Assembly: GCA_017471705.1 (NCBI GenBank)
Contig: JAFUSH010000012.1
Location: 1 to 57,156 of the forward strand
Length of the DNA stretch: 57,156 nucleotides
Reading direction: 5' to 3'
Source of the DNA: Alphaproteobacteria bacterium
GTDB taxonomy: Bacteria; Pseudomonadota; Alphaproteobacteria; RF32; CAG-239
The position numbers and the translations under genes are program-made. Shown in pieces: positions 39,721-49,084 of the stretch (position 1 is the first letter of the stretch; each line of letters begins with the position of its first letter). Under the pieces are notes generated by a model. The model searched no databases. It worked only from the letters and a program-made list of their open reading frames with translations, and was not told the origin of the DNA.

Positions 39721-41937
39721 TCAATCAATTGCAATACCGTGATCATAGGCATACGCCAATAATTGCTGACGAATACTGTTCTTCGGAGATTTCAAAAGAC
39801 TCTTAACATAGTCTTCGACATCTTCTTCTTTCATACTCATAATCATTTTTTTAACTTTGGCATACGAAGCTCCGGAAACCGATAAATTACGATATCCCAA
39901 ACCGATTAAAACCATAGCTTCCAGCGGATTACCGGCCATTTCCCCGCATACCGAACAATAAACCTTATATTGTGCGGCTTTATCGACTATTTGTTTCATT
40001 AACTTCAAAAACGGAGCCGATAATACATCATATCTGTCCGACAAACGAGGATTTCCCCTGTCGCAAGCAAACACAAATTGGTATAAATCATTGGTGCCTA
40101 CCGACACAAAATCAACCTGTTGCAACAGTTCATCAAGCTGGAACAATACCGACGGAACCTCAATCATTATTCCGACATTTACTTTTTTGGCCGTTGATTT
40201 TTGCCGTTGCTTTTCTCTTTCGTATTCCAACATAAGGGTTTCTTTGGCTTCCAGAAATTCTTGTAAAGACGAAACCATCGGAAACATTACGTTAAGTTCC
40301 TTATCGGCTGCGGCGCGCAGCATAGCGCGAATCTGCCTTTTCAATATGGCACGACGATCAAGAGTTATGCGAATCGAGCGCCAACCCAATGCCGGATTTT
40401 CTTCTTTCAACTCTCCCCAATACGGCAAAAACTTATCGGAGCCGACATCCAAACTTCTGAAAATAATCTTTTTGTTATCCATTGCGTCAAATAATTTTTT
40501 ATATTGCCGCTCCTGACTTTCCACATCAGGCATCTTATCGGCAGACATAAAAGTTATTTCGGTTCTATAAAGTCCGATACCTGAACATTTGGTGGGTTTA
40601 ATGTATTCATAGTCTAAATCCAAGCCGTAATTCATAGCCAGATTAATTTTAACACCGTCTATTGTTTCCGTCGGCAAATCCTTTATTTTATTCAATTCGG
40701 CAAATACTTTCTTTATTCCGGTGGATTTTTTTTGATAATCGTTAATCAGACGAGCGGAAGGACGCATATAAACCGTGGCATCTTCACCGTTAACGGCAAT
40801 GATTTCACCGACTTTTATTTCTTTTAATACCCCGTGTATTTTAGCTATTACCGGAATATTAAGAGCTTTCGCCACAATTACCACGTGCATTGTCGGAGTG
40901 CAATCTTCAATAATCAAGCCTCTGATATGCTCATAATTGTAATCCATTAAATCAGCCGGTCCCATTGTCTGAGCAATTATTATAATATCTTCATCAACCG
41001 GAACCTGAAAATTTTCCTCATCGCCGGAAATAAACGCCCGTAAGCGATCTGACACATCGCGCAAATCATATAATCTTTCCCGCAGATATTGGTCGCTGGT
41101 TGCCGATAATTTGTTCCACATATCTTCATAAACGTGTTCTACCGCAGCTTCTGCCGTATATCCTTTATCTATGTCCGCGCTGATTTTTTTATACCATCCT
41201 TTATCAAGTGCAAACATCTTATATGCTTCCATAATTTCAGCGGTATTACCGATGGAACTGCCGGCTTGAGCTATTTTAGCATCAATATAATTTACCATAC
41301 GCTCTCGACCTTCCGCCAGTTTAGATTTTTCCAGCTCCGTATTTTCGGCAAAGATATTAACCAAGTCCCGATGACGGCGGTGAAACACCGCTTTTCCCAC
41401 ACCGTAACCTTTGTTAAGGCTCACTCCGTGCAAAGCATCGCGCACAACAATACCTTTTTCCCTTATTATTTGATTGCGATATTCGGTAAAAGAATTGGTA
41501 GAAAACAAATCCGGTAAAGATAAAGTCAGCGTTTCTGTCAACTCGGCTTCGTTTTCATCAAACCCTTTATCTCCGTTTTTAACAATGACCAATGCTCCCA
41601 CGGTAATATTTGCGCGCATTACCGGAACACTTATCATTGAAACATTAAGCCCTTTATTTACTTCTTGCTGCGGACGTTTCGAAGCCGCGCTTCTGCCTAT
41701 ATAATCCTCATTGTAACGGATATTTGTTTTATAGTTTTCAGCGTGATATTCTCCCATCATTTCCAGATAATTTTCATCAACTGTGGCATATAAAATCGCC
41801 GATTGCGCTTTAGTGGCGGAAACAAAAGATTTTAATATCTTTCCGAGTTTTTCCGACATCGGCGTTGATTTAAGCAACTCCGCACTGATTAACCTTTGTA
41901 TGGCAAGCGCTTCGCTCACGGCTGTTGAAATTTGCAT
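39721..41937 (-). CDS. ptsP: PEP-protein phosphotransferase EI(Ntr)
   Basis: Degenerate GAF domain, TMHVVIVAKAL phospho-His site, GLYRTE, ENPALGWR, SVGTNDL, CGEMAG; start moved to ATG 41937. Confidence 0.93.
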   Translation of the reverse strand: MQISTAVSEALAIQRLISAELLKSTPMSEKLGKILKSFVSATKAQSAILYATVDENYLEMMGEYHAENYKTNIRYNEDYIGRSAASKRPQQEVNKGLNVSMISVPVMRANITVGALVIVKNGDKGFDENEAELTETLTLSLPDLFSTNSFTEYRNQIIREKGIVVRDALHGVSLNKGYGVGKAVFHRRHRDLVNIFAENTELEKSKLAEGRERMVNYIDAKIAQAGSSIGNTAEIMEAYKMFALDKGWYKKISADIDKGYTAEAAVEHVYEDMWNKLSATSDQYLRERLYDLRDVSDRLRAFISGDEENFQVPVDEDIIIIAQTMGPADLMDYNYEHIRGLIIEDCTPTMHVVIVAKALNIPVIAKIHGVLKEIKVGEIIAVNGEDATVYMRPSARLINDYQKKSTGIKKVFAELNKIKDLPTETIDGVKINLAMNYGLDLDYEYIKPTKCSGIGLYRTEITFMSADKMPDVESQERQYKKLFDAMDNKKIIFRSLDVGSDKFLPYWGELKEENPALGWRSIRITLDRRAILKRQIRAMLRAAADKELNVMFPMVSSLQEFLEAKETLMLEYEREKQRQKSTAKKVNVGIMIEVPSVLFQLDELLQQVDFVSVGTNDLYQFVFACDRGNPRLSDRYDVLSAPFLKLMKQIVDKAAQYKVYCSVCGEMAGNPLEAMVLIGLGYRNLSVSGASYAKVKKMIMSMKEEDVEDYVKSLLKSPKNSIRQQLLAYAYDHGIAID

Positions 41938-42023
41938 TGATATACCTATAAAAATTGTTGCAACCTTGTCTTTATTGTTTATATTATTTTTTATTCTATG
42001 TAAACTAAAAAAAGGAGATTTAA

Positions 42024-42389
42024 ATGCCAAATACATATATGCGCGGACAGAAAGATACGCGTCCGTGGGGAACTTGGGAAGTGATTGACTGCGGTCAGGG
42101 TTTTTGCGTCAAACACATTATGGTAAATTCAGGCGATATACTTTCTTTGCAATTGCACCATTTTCGTGCCGAACATTGGATTATCGTCAAAGGCGTTGCC
42201 ACTATTACTCTGGGAGAAATGGAAATCACTAAAAAAGCCGGCGAATCGGTATATATTCCGGTGGAAACAAAGCACCGAATCCAAAATTCATCCGATGAGC
42301 CGATGGAATTTATTGAAGTGCAAGTCGGCGAAAATCTTGATGAAAACGATATTGTCCGCTTTGAAGATAAGTACGGAAGAGTTAAGTAA
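42024..42389 (+). CDS. Mannose-6-phosphate isomerase type II C-terminal cupin protein
   Basis: RPWG, LSLQLHHFRAEHW, EVQVGENLDENDIVRFEDKYGR. Confidence 0.9.
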   Translation: MPNTYMRGQKDTRPWGTWEVIDCGQGFCVKHIMVNSGDILSLQLHHFRAEHWIIVKGVATITLGEMEITKKAGESVYIPVETKHRIQNSSDEPMEFIEVQVGENLDENDIVRFEDKYGRVK

Positions 42390-42489
42390 GCAAATTTGCT
42401 GTGCATAAGTCTTGGCATAACTCTAAAATCCTCTTGAACTTTCAAAAAGGTTAATGAATCCTTAATGCAAATAACAAGAGGATTTTTTT

Positions 42490-42906
42490 ATGCTTGATAA
42501 CAATGATGTTGATTATTTTTCCGAGCAAACCGGAGATATTGCCGTTGAAGCTTATCCCGAACAGCTTGATTCCGAAAATTCGGGACGCGAGCTGTGGGCT
42601 TTTTGTCTGCGAATAGAAAATAACTCTGATAAAAGAATCTGCTTAATCAAACAAAATTTTTGCATTACAGACAGCCGCGGAAACAATCAATATTATTCGG
42701 CTCAGGGATTTAACGGCGAATTGCCGGATTTGGAACCGGGGGAATATTTCGAATATGAAGATACCGCGACATTTGAGGGAAACGCCGCGGTATTGTATGG
42801 CTTTTGCGAAGCTGTGGATTCTGCCGGTAATCCGCTCAAAATCAAGCTTCCTCTTATGCAGTTAAGTACTGCTGTAAATAAACTTCATCATCCGACTTGT
42901 CACTAA
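42490..42906 (+). CDS. apaG: Divergent ApaG-domain protein
   Basis: WAFCLRIENNS, ITD, GELPDLEPGEYFEY. Confidence 0.7.
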   Translation: MLDNNDVDYFSEQTGDIAVEAYPEQLDSENSGRELWAFCLRIENNSDKRICLIKQNFCITDSRGNNQYYSAQGFNGELPDLEPGEYFEYEDTATFEGNAAVLYGFCEAVDSAGNPLKIKLPLMQLSTAVNKLHHPTCH

Positions 42907-43511
42907 AACTGAGTGACGCTTCTATCATCTTTGATATACATATTCAAATATTTGCGGGCATTGGCTTCCATATAATCATCAAATGATTGGAACAGATTAG
43001 TAACCATCTCGTTCCAATGTTTTTCCTTATCTTCAATGGAAGTATCTATCGGCATAACTAAATCACGATACGCTTCAACCGAAGTTTGTGCCGAAGATTG
43101 ATTATCTATAACCTTGAGCATTACTTTCAAAGTAGCGTGATATTTCAAACGATCTTTAGCAAAAAGTTGTTCCGATTTTTCTTCCGCAGCGGTGACACTG
43201 GCATCTTGAATAACAAATTCTGCCGTGCGATTGGAGTTTAAATCAGCTGCTTCCAAACGCTCTTTTGCCCAAGTTTTAGCGGTCTTTTCAATAGAAATAG
43301 GAAAAAGGTGCTCTACATTCGGACGTGTAAAGGACGGCGTAAATTCCGACTTAACATTGACGGTTTTCACCATTAACGGAATCGGAGCCTTATTATCGAA
43401 ATGCAAATCACCGTATCTTTCCGGTGTTGCCGTGTTATTGTTCATCGTAGAGCAAGCGTTAAGACTGAAAGCGGTTAAAATCGCCAACATCACCTTGAAT
43501 AAACTTTTCAT
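42903..43511 (-). CDS. Putative lipoprotein
   Basis: Lipobox LNAC after a short signal peptide; PNVEH motif. Confidence 0.75.
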   Translation of the reverse strand: MKSLFKVMLAILTAFSLNACSTMNNNTATPERYGDLHFDNKAPIPLMVKTVNVKSEFTPSFTRPNVEHLFPISIEKTAKTWAKERLEAADLNSNRTAEFVIQDASVTAAEEKSEQLFAKDRLKYHATLKVMLKVIDNQSSAQTSVEAYRDLVMPIDTSIEDKEKHWNEMVTNLFQSFDDYMEANARKYLNMYIKDDRSVTQF

Positions 43512-43660
43512 ATTCGTATCCTATTTTGTTAAGTTAACTTTAGTCACAAAATAGCCGAGAATGTTTAATATATATTTAAGACTCGCCGCTTTTTGATTTT
43601 AAAAATTCTTTACTTCTGTCTATTTTGTGATATAGTTAAACAAAATTACGGAGATTTGGT

Positions 43661-44665
43661 ATGACTAAAAGAGACATTGTGATACTATACGAAGAAGCTG
43701 TAAAAGATGTTGTGAAAAATATGGCAGAAATATTTAAAAGCCGTAAATTTCGTCGTTCTAACGGCAACAGCGGTTATCCCGAAGATAAGATTCATAAATA
43801 TGCATTAGAACATTTACTTGATAATGCCGATAAAGAAACTACCTTAAAAATAATTCAAGGTATTGCAAACGGAAAATTTGCAAATACTGCCGACGAACGC
43901 TCGGTGGAGGGATTTGTTTTAAAGGATATTATCCGAGACAATATTCACGACAAAGATATAACGGCAAAATCTTTGGAAGCTATGGAAGAAATGATTAATT
44001 CAACTCGAAAATCTCTTAAAGGCACAGATAAAGAAAAAGCCGTTGCCGATGTGAATTCAATGCAAAATATGCTTTATGCGATTGCCGATTTGCGGGAAGA
44101 TTTTCCGACTTCACTCGGAAAGCAAACTGACCATATCTATGACGTTTATAAACTAATGATGAAAGAATATTCTTTGAGCGGACTGCATAATGACGGCATA
44201 AATCACACTCTTTCCGAAATCGAAGACTATTTCTACGGACGTGACGCGTACAATGATGTCAAAGAAGCCGACATTATTCGTAAACAGGAAAATGCTGCGT
44301 GGGAAACAAAAGAGCAAATAGAAGCATCTAAACAGAGAATCTATAATAAATTTACTAAAAGAGAAGTCGCCGATTATGAGCAACGCCACGCCGATGAAGT
44401 AAAAAAGGAAGATTTACAAGATAAAATTGAGCGCGACAATGTCATAGCCAATCACGAAAATCACATTCGCAGTAAAGAACATCGCAAACAAATAACCGAA
44501 GAAAATTTAAGGCGTAATGAAGAACGCTTAAGCAAGGCTTATGAAAATTTCAAAGATATAGCCAGAAAACCAAAAGAGGGAGATGAAAAAAAGGATAATC
44601 CGATTTCAAACGATGTTCCGAAAAGAGCTGTATTCATCGGACGCGCCGAACCTCGACAGAATTAA
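43661..44665 (+). CDS. Orphan charged helical hypothetical protein
   Basis: 334-aa ORF with GGAG RBS and host-like codon use; no recognisable motif. Confidence 0.7.
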   Translation: MTKRDIVILYEEAVKDVVKNMAEIFKSRKFRRSNGNSGYPEDKIHKYALEHLLDNADKETTLKIIQGIANGKFANTADERSVEGFVLKDIIRDNIHDKDITAKSLEAMEEMINSTRKSLKGTDKEKAVADVNSMQNMLYAIADLREDFPTSLGKQTDHIYDVYKLMMKEYSLSGLHNDGINHTLSEIEDYFYGRDAYNDVKEADIIRKQENAAWETKEQIEASKQRIYNKFTKREVADYEQRHADEVKKEDLQDKIERDNVIANHENHIRSKEHRKQITEENLRRNEERLSKAYENFKDIARKPKEGDEKKDNPISNDVPKRAVFIGRAEPRQN

Positions 44666-44710
44666 TGAAAATACCTGTTATCAATCTTCAGATGCTTTTT
44701 TGATTTAGGG

Positions 44711-45613
44711 TCAATGTTTTATCAATTCCCCTTTATCAAACGAATATACTTGTCCGCAGAAATTACAGGTAGCGATGATTTTGCCGTTTTCTGCCATATT
44801 ATCAATATCTTCTTTTTTCATAGAACTTAAAGTATTGAGTAACTTTTCTCTGCTGCAGCGGCAACCGAAACCGTATTCGTTTTCTTTAGTCACGCGCACC
44901 TGATGTTCGTGAAACAAACGGAACAAAATATCTTCCAAACTCAGGTTTTTATCAAATATTTCTTCCTGTTTGAGGCTGTCGGTCAATATTTTATCTTCAT
45001 TCCATAGTTCATTAAATTCATTTTCATCTTCTGAAGCATCTTTTCCGCCTTTGGTCGGCATTTTTTGAATTAAAATACCGGCAGACTTCCAAGAATCACC
45101 GTCTTTTTGCAAAAATAACCGCAAGTGTGTGTCTATCTGCTCGGAATTTTTAAAATAACGCAATGCGCATTCCGCCAGATTTTTACCCTGCAAATCCACT
45201 ACGCCTTGGTAAAGGTCGGTATTTCTGCCTTGGTCAATGGTAAAGATAAGATTACCCTGCCCCAACCAATGCGGCGCCGGCTCGATTTCACCTTCCGTTT
45301 TGCGTAAAGCTTGTGCTTCTTCAATAGCTTTGGCATCGTATTTTGCGGTTGCCCGCACCTTACCGGCAGAGGTTACATCGGCAACCAATACCGAAAGAGG
45401 ACCGTTTCCCTGCATTTGCAAAGTAAAAATACCCTCAAATTTCATCAAAGAAGCGATTAAAACCCCCAAAGCGGAGGTTTCCGCCACCGCCGCGGCTACA
45501 TTATCCGGATAGGTTTGGTGTGTGAAAATATCGTTTAACACATTATCCAAGCGTACAATTCGTCCGCGAAAAACATTATTGTCCAAATTAAAAAATAAGC
45601 ATTTATCGTTCAT
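44711..45613 (-). CDS. hslO: Redox-regulated chaperone Hsp33
   Basis: YQGVV, YFKNSEQ, CRCS...CNFC zinc centre. Confidence 0.95.
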   Translation of the reverse strand: MNDKCLFFNLDNNVFRGRIVRLDNVLNDIFTHQTYPDNVAAAVAETSALGVLIASLMKFEGIFTLQMQGNGPLSVLVADVTSAGKVRATAKYDAKAIEEAQALRKTEGEIEPAPHWLGQGNLIFTIDQGRNTDLYQGVVDLQGKNLAECALRYFKNSEQIDTHLRLFLQKDGDSWKSAGILIQKMPTKGGKDASEDENEFNELWNEDKILTDSLKQEEIFDKNLSLEDILFRLFHEHQVRVTKENEYGFGCRCSREKLLNTLSSMKKEDIDNMAENGKIIATCNFCGQVYSFDKGELIKH

Positions 45614-45677
45614 TATTTAAAAACCTCTTTTGTTATACAATTGTTGCAAATTTAGTTTATTTTAAAGGAATTTTCAA

Positions 45678-46250
45678 GTGCTTAACTTTGATAATGAAAA
45701 TAATAACAATTTTTCGGCGGCTCGCAAACGAAAACCGCAGAAAAAAATTACTCCCGCACGTTTGAAAAACATCGGTCTTTACTATCTCAAACGATTTGAA
45801 TCATCGGTGGAAAATCTGCGAACCGTATTACATCGGCGCGCAGATGCATACGCGCGTGAAAATCCGGATTGGAAAAAAGAAGAGGCTTATCAATGGATTG
45901 AAGAAATATTGCAAGAATTTGAGCGCTTGCATTATTTGGACGATACGCGTTATGCCGAAATTAAAATCCGCGGATATCTGAACGCCGGAAAACCGGCGCG
46001 CTATATTGAAACTAAATTAAAAGCAAAAGGGGTAAGTACTGATAAAATTTCCCAAATATTGGAAGAACAGGAATACAACCCGTTTGATATGGCGCTGAAA
46101 TTGGCAAAACGCAAAAAAATCGGACCTTATCGACCGGAGGAAATCAGACGCGAATCCAAACAAAAAGATATGGCAACCCTAATCCGCGCCGGATTTGATT
46201 ATGATGTGGTCTGCGATGTTTTGAATTATGAAATTGATGACGATAATTAA
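45678..46250 (+). CDS. recX: RecX family regulator
   Basis: YYLKRFESS..LR.VL, LDDTRYA, L.AKGV, LIRAGF. Confidence 0.85.
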   Translation: MLNFDNENNNNFSAARKRKPQKKITPARLKNIGLYYLKRFESSVENLRTVLHRRADAYARENPDWKKEEAYQWIEEILQEFERLHYLDDTRYAEIKIRGYLNAGKPARYIETKLKAKGVSTDKISQILEEQEYNPFDMALKLAKRKKIGPYRPEEIRRESKQKDMATLIRAGFDYDVVCDVLNYEIDDDN

Positions 46251-46489
46251 CCGTAAACTCTTTTAGCTCGGAATTTATTTTTTTTCAAACGGCTGCACTT
46301 ATCTGAACGAAAGGGAAAACGATTTTTTGTAATCCTTTTAATATATTTAATCACTTTGTTAAATTCATCTTCGGTCATAAATTGAGCAGCCATTCGCAAA
46401 TCGTATTCGGCAACACTTACTTTTTCATAATAATCAATGGTATGGTGTATATTGATGTTACCGTCAAAATCAAGCATATCCTCAGACAT
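46247..46489 (-). CDS. 80-aa hypothetical protein downstream of C4-like RNA
   Basis: AGGGAG RBS; acidic N-half and basic C-half; overlaps the recX stop. Confidence 0.6.
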   Translation of the reverse strand: MSEDMLDFDGNINIHHTIDYYEKVSVAEYDLRMAAQFMTEDEFNKVIKYIKRITKNRFPFRSDKCSRLKKNKFRAKRVYG

Positions 46490-46529
46490 TTTTCAATACT
46501 CCCTAAAAAATAAAGCCGCTTGATGAGAG

Positions 46530-46606
46530 CGACCGGAAGTTGAGAACTATACCTAAATAGTGCGGCATATTGACTGTAAACGACTTATTTTGCCGCCTTC
46601 CGGTCG
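46530..46606 (-). ncRNA. C4/CI-like antisense RNA core
   Basis: Closing stem CGACCGGAAG/CTTCCGGTCG, GCGGCA/TGCCGC arm, ACTAT-TTAGGT-ATAGT hairpin and TCTCAA bulge; complementary to upstream TGAGAAC and ACCTAA. Confidence 0.75.
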
Positions 46607-46655
46607 TATTATTAACCAGAAAGCGCGCAAAAGTTTCGTCTTTGCACATAAGACG

Positions 46656-46679
46656 TTAGGTAAAAGGTTCTCACACCTT
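46656..46679 (-). promoter_or_regulatory. C4-type antisense target site (a1/b1-like)
   Basis: Minus strand AAGGT-GTGAGA-ACCTT hairpin, then TT and ACCTAA. Confidence 0.7.
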
Positions 46680-46706
46680 AAGCAAGTTATCATCTTGCCT
46701 AAAGAA

Positions 46707-46735
46707 AAAATACAAAATTTGCGGCGTAAAGTCAA
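46707..46735 (-). promoter_or_regulatory. Putative promoter of the C4-like leader
   Basis: TTGACT-17 bp-TATTTT on the minus strand. Confidence 0.45.
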
Positions 46736-46768
46736 GTTCTGTTTAGCTAAATATCTTTAAATTTTTAA

Positions 46769-46797
46769 TTGCCATAATCACAAAATGATATTATAGT
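46769..46797 (+). promoter_or_regulatory. Putative promoter of the restriction-modification operon
   Basis: TTGCCA-17 bp-TATAGT, 20 nt before the MTase start. Confidence 0.55.
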
Positions 46798-46817
46798 GTT
46801 TTCATAGGGAATTTACT

Positions 46818-47756
46818 ATGAACGCATATCCTGTCTTAAAAAATGAAGTATTTGAAGAAATAAATGCCAAACCAGTATTAAAATGGGCTGGTGGTAAAGG
46901 TATGCTTTTACCTAAAATTACAGAACATCTTCCTACTAAATTGAAATTTGGAGCAATAAAACGATACATTGAGCCTTTTATTGGTGGTGGAGCTGTATTT
47001 TTTGATATTGCAAACAATTATAATTTTGAGGATGCTTACCTCTTTGATATAAATCCCGAATTAGTTATTTTATACAATGTTATCAAATATGATGTAGATG
47101 ATTTGATTACAGAACTCTTTGAATTGCAGCATAGATATAATATTTCCGAAGACAAAACAAATTTTTACTATGCTGTTCGTGATGAATATAATTTGTTCGA
47201 TAAACAGATAGATGCAAATAACTATACTAAGGATTTTGTTAGAAGAGCTGCATTAACTGTATGTCTTAATCGGACTTGTTTTAATGGATTATATCGTGTT
47301 AATTCTAAAGGGTTATTTAATGTTCCTGTTGGAAAGTATAAAAATCCACGAATTTTAGATGAAGATAATTTAAGAGAAGTGGCTAAAGCTTTGCAATATG
47401 CCACAATTATACAGACAGATTTTGCAAAAGTCTTGAACTATGTGAATAAAGATAGCTTCGTTTACTATGATCCACCATATCGCCCAATTAATGCAAGTTC
47501 ATTTAATTCATATGCAGTGGGTGATTTTGATGATAATGAACAAAAACGTCTTCAATGTGTTTTTGTTAAAGCTGATAAAGTCGGAGCTTTGCAGATGTTA
47601 AGCAATTCAGATCCGACCAATTATAATCCCGATGACAACTTTTTTGATGATTTGTATGCCAAATATAATATTCACCGTATTTGGGCAAAACGTATGATAA
47701 ATTCTAATCCTAATGGTCGAGATGGTGTGAGAGAACTTTTAATAACGAATTATTGA
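46818..47756 (+). CDS. Dam/DpnM-like alpha-class N6-adenine DNA methyltransferase
   Basis: [46 protein letters not shown]. Confidence 0.93.
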   Translation: MNAYPVLKNEVFEEINAKPVLKWAGGKGMLLPKITEHLPTKLKFGAIKRYIEPFIGGGAVFFDIANNYNFEDAYLFDINPELVILYNVIKYDVDDLITELFELQHRYNISEDKTNFYYAVRDEYNLFDKQIDANNYTKDFVRRAALTVCLNRTCFNGLYRVNSKGLFNVPVGKYKNPRILDEDNLREVAKALQYATIIQTDFAKVLNYVNKDSFVYYDPPYRPINASSFNSYAVGDFDDNEQKRLQCVFVKADKVGALQMLSNSDPTNYNPDDNFFDDLYAKYNIHRIWAKRMINSNPNGRDGVRELLITNY

Positions 47757-47757
47757 T

Positions 47758-48528
47758 ATGAAGAAAAGCTATCGTTTATATTGTGATGATTGTATAGAAC
47801 GGTTAAAGGAAATCCCAGAAAATACCTTTGATATGATTTTTGCAGATCCACCATATATGCTCTCAAATGGAGGAATTTCTTGCCAAAATGGCAAAGTCGT
47901 TTCGGTAAATAAGGGTGATTGGGATAAAAGTAAAGGGTTTGAAGAAGATTTTGAATTTCATAAAAAATGGCTTACTGAGTGTAAAAGAGTATTAAAACGC
48001 AATGGAACCTTATGGGTATCTGGAACATATCACAGTATTTATTCTTGTGGATTTGCTATACAATTATTGGGTTATCACATATTAAATGACATTACTTGGT
48101 TTAAGCCGAATGCCAGTCCCAATATGTCTTGTCGTTATTTTACAGCCAGTCACGAAACATTAATTTGGGCGAGAAAAGATAAAAAAGCTAAGCATACATT
48201 TAATTATGATTTAATGAAAAATGGTAATTTCCCGAAAGATTTTATAAAAAAACAAGATACACAAATGCGAAGTGTTTGGGCGATAGGTACTCCACCAAAA
48301 AAAGAAAAAATATTCGGTAAGCACCCGACTCAAAAGCCATTAGACCTTTTGGAACGTATAATTTTAGCTTGTACAAATGAAGATGATTTAATTTTAGACC
48401 CTTTTATGGGGAGTGGAACTACGGGAGTCGCAGCCGTCAAGTTAAACCGCAAATTTGTAGGTATTGAAAAAGAGTCAGATTTTGTTGCATTGGCAGAAAA
48501 AAGAATCTATGATGCCTTTATAAGTTAA
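47758..48528 (+). CDS. DpnA-like beta-class N6/N4 DNA methyltransferase
   Basis: FADPPY precedes HPTQKP and [11 protein letters not shown]. Confidence 0.93.
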   Translation: MKKSYRLYCDDCIERLKEIPENTFDMIFADPPYMLSNGGISCQNGKVVSVNKGDWDKSKGFEEDFEFHKKWLTECKRVLKRNGTLWVSGTYHSIYSCGFAIQLLGYHILNDITWFKPNASPNMSCRYFTASHETLIWARKDKKAKHTFNYDLMKNGNFPKDFIKKQDTQMRSVWAIGTPPKKEKIFGKHPTQKPLDLLERIILACTNEDDLILDPFMGSGTTGVAAVKLNRKFVGIEKESDFVALAEKRIYDAFIS

Positions 48529-48542
48529 TTGGAGAAGCAGAA

Positions 48543-49082
48543 ATGAAAGAAAATGGAATTGGGGGAGCAAATACAAAAACAGGATTAGTTTTTGAAGGAA
48601 AAACCGATTTGCAAACTTTTCTATGTGGTCAGAAAGGATATTCTTGTGAAACAGATCCCCGTGGTTGGATTTTAGTTAAATACAACAAAGAAGAAGTTGC
48701 TTCAATTTTCAAAAAAACAGCATTATATAAGTTCCTTAACTACCGAGGTGTTGAATGGAAAACCATTTTATCTAAGAAACTATTACCGGACGATTCCATT
48801 TATGTTGTGTGTAACAATACATTTTTTGTTATAGAATGTAAGTTTCAAAAAGTGGCAGGATCTGTTGATGAAAAGTTACAAACCTGTGACTTTAAAAAGA
48901 AACAATATAAAAAGCTTTTATCTCAATTGAATATGGAAGTAGAATATATTTACTTATTAAGTGATTGGTTTAAGCAGAAACAATATATGGACGTCCTTGA
49001 TTACATTAATAGCGTAGGTTGTTCATATTACTTCAATTATATTCCATTAACGAAGTTTGGATTACCAGTTCCAAGAAAGTAA
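48543..49082 (+). CDS. Putative type II restriction endonuclease, PD-(D/E)XK fold
   Basis: LPDD...IECK catalytic pattern, GSVDEK; third gene of the MTase operon. Confidence 0.75.
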   Translation: MKENGIGGANTKTGLVFEGKTDLQTFLCGQKGYSCETDPRGWILVKYNKEEVASIFKKTALYKFLNYRGVEWKTILSKKLLPDDSIYVVCNNTFFVIECKFQKVAGSVDEKLQTCDFKKKQYKKLLSQLNMEVEYIYLLSDWFKQKQYMDVLDYINSVGCSYYFNYIPLTKFGLPVPRK

Positions 49083-49084
49083 TA

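Noticed and set aside
46553-46760. Short ORFs over the C4-like RNA
   Set aside because: No RBS and they overlap the structured RNA; a short icd/kil-like peptide cannot be fully excluded but is unsupported.
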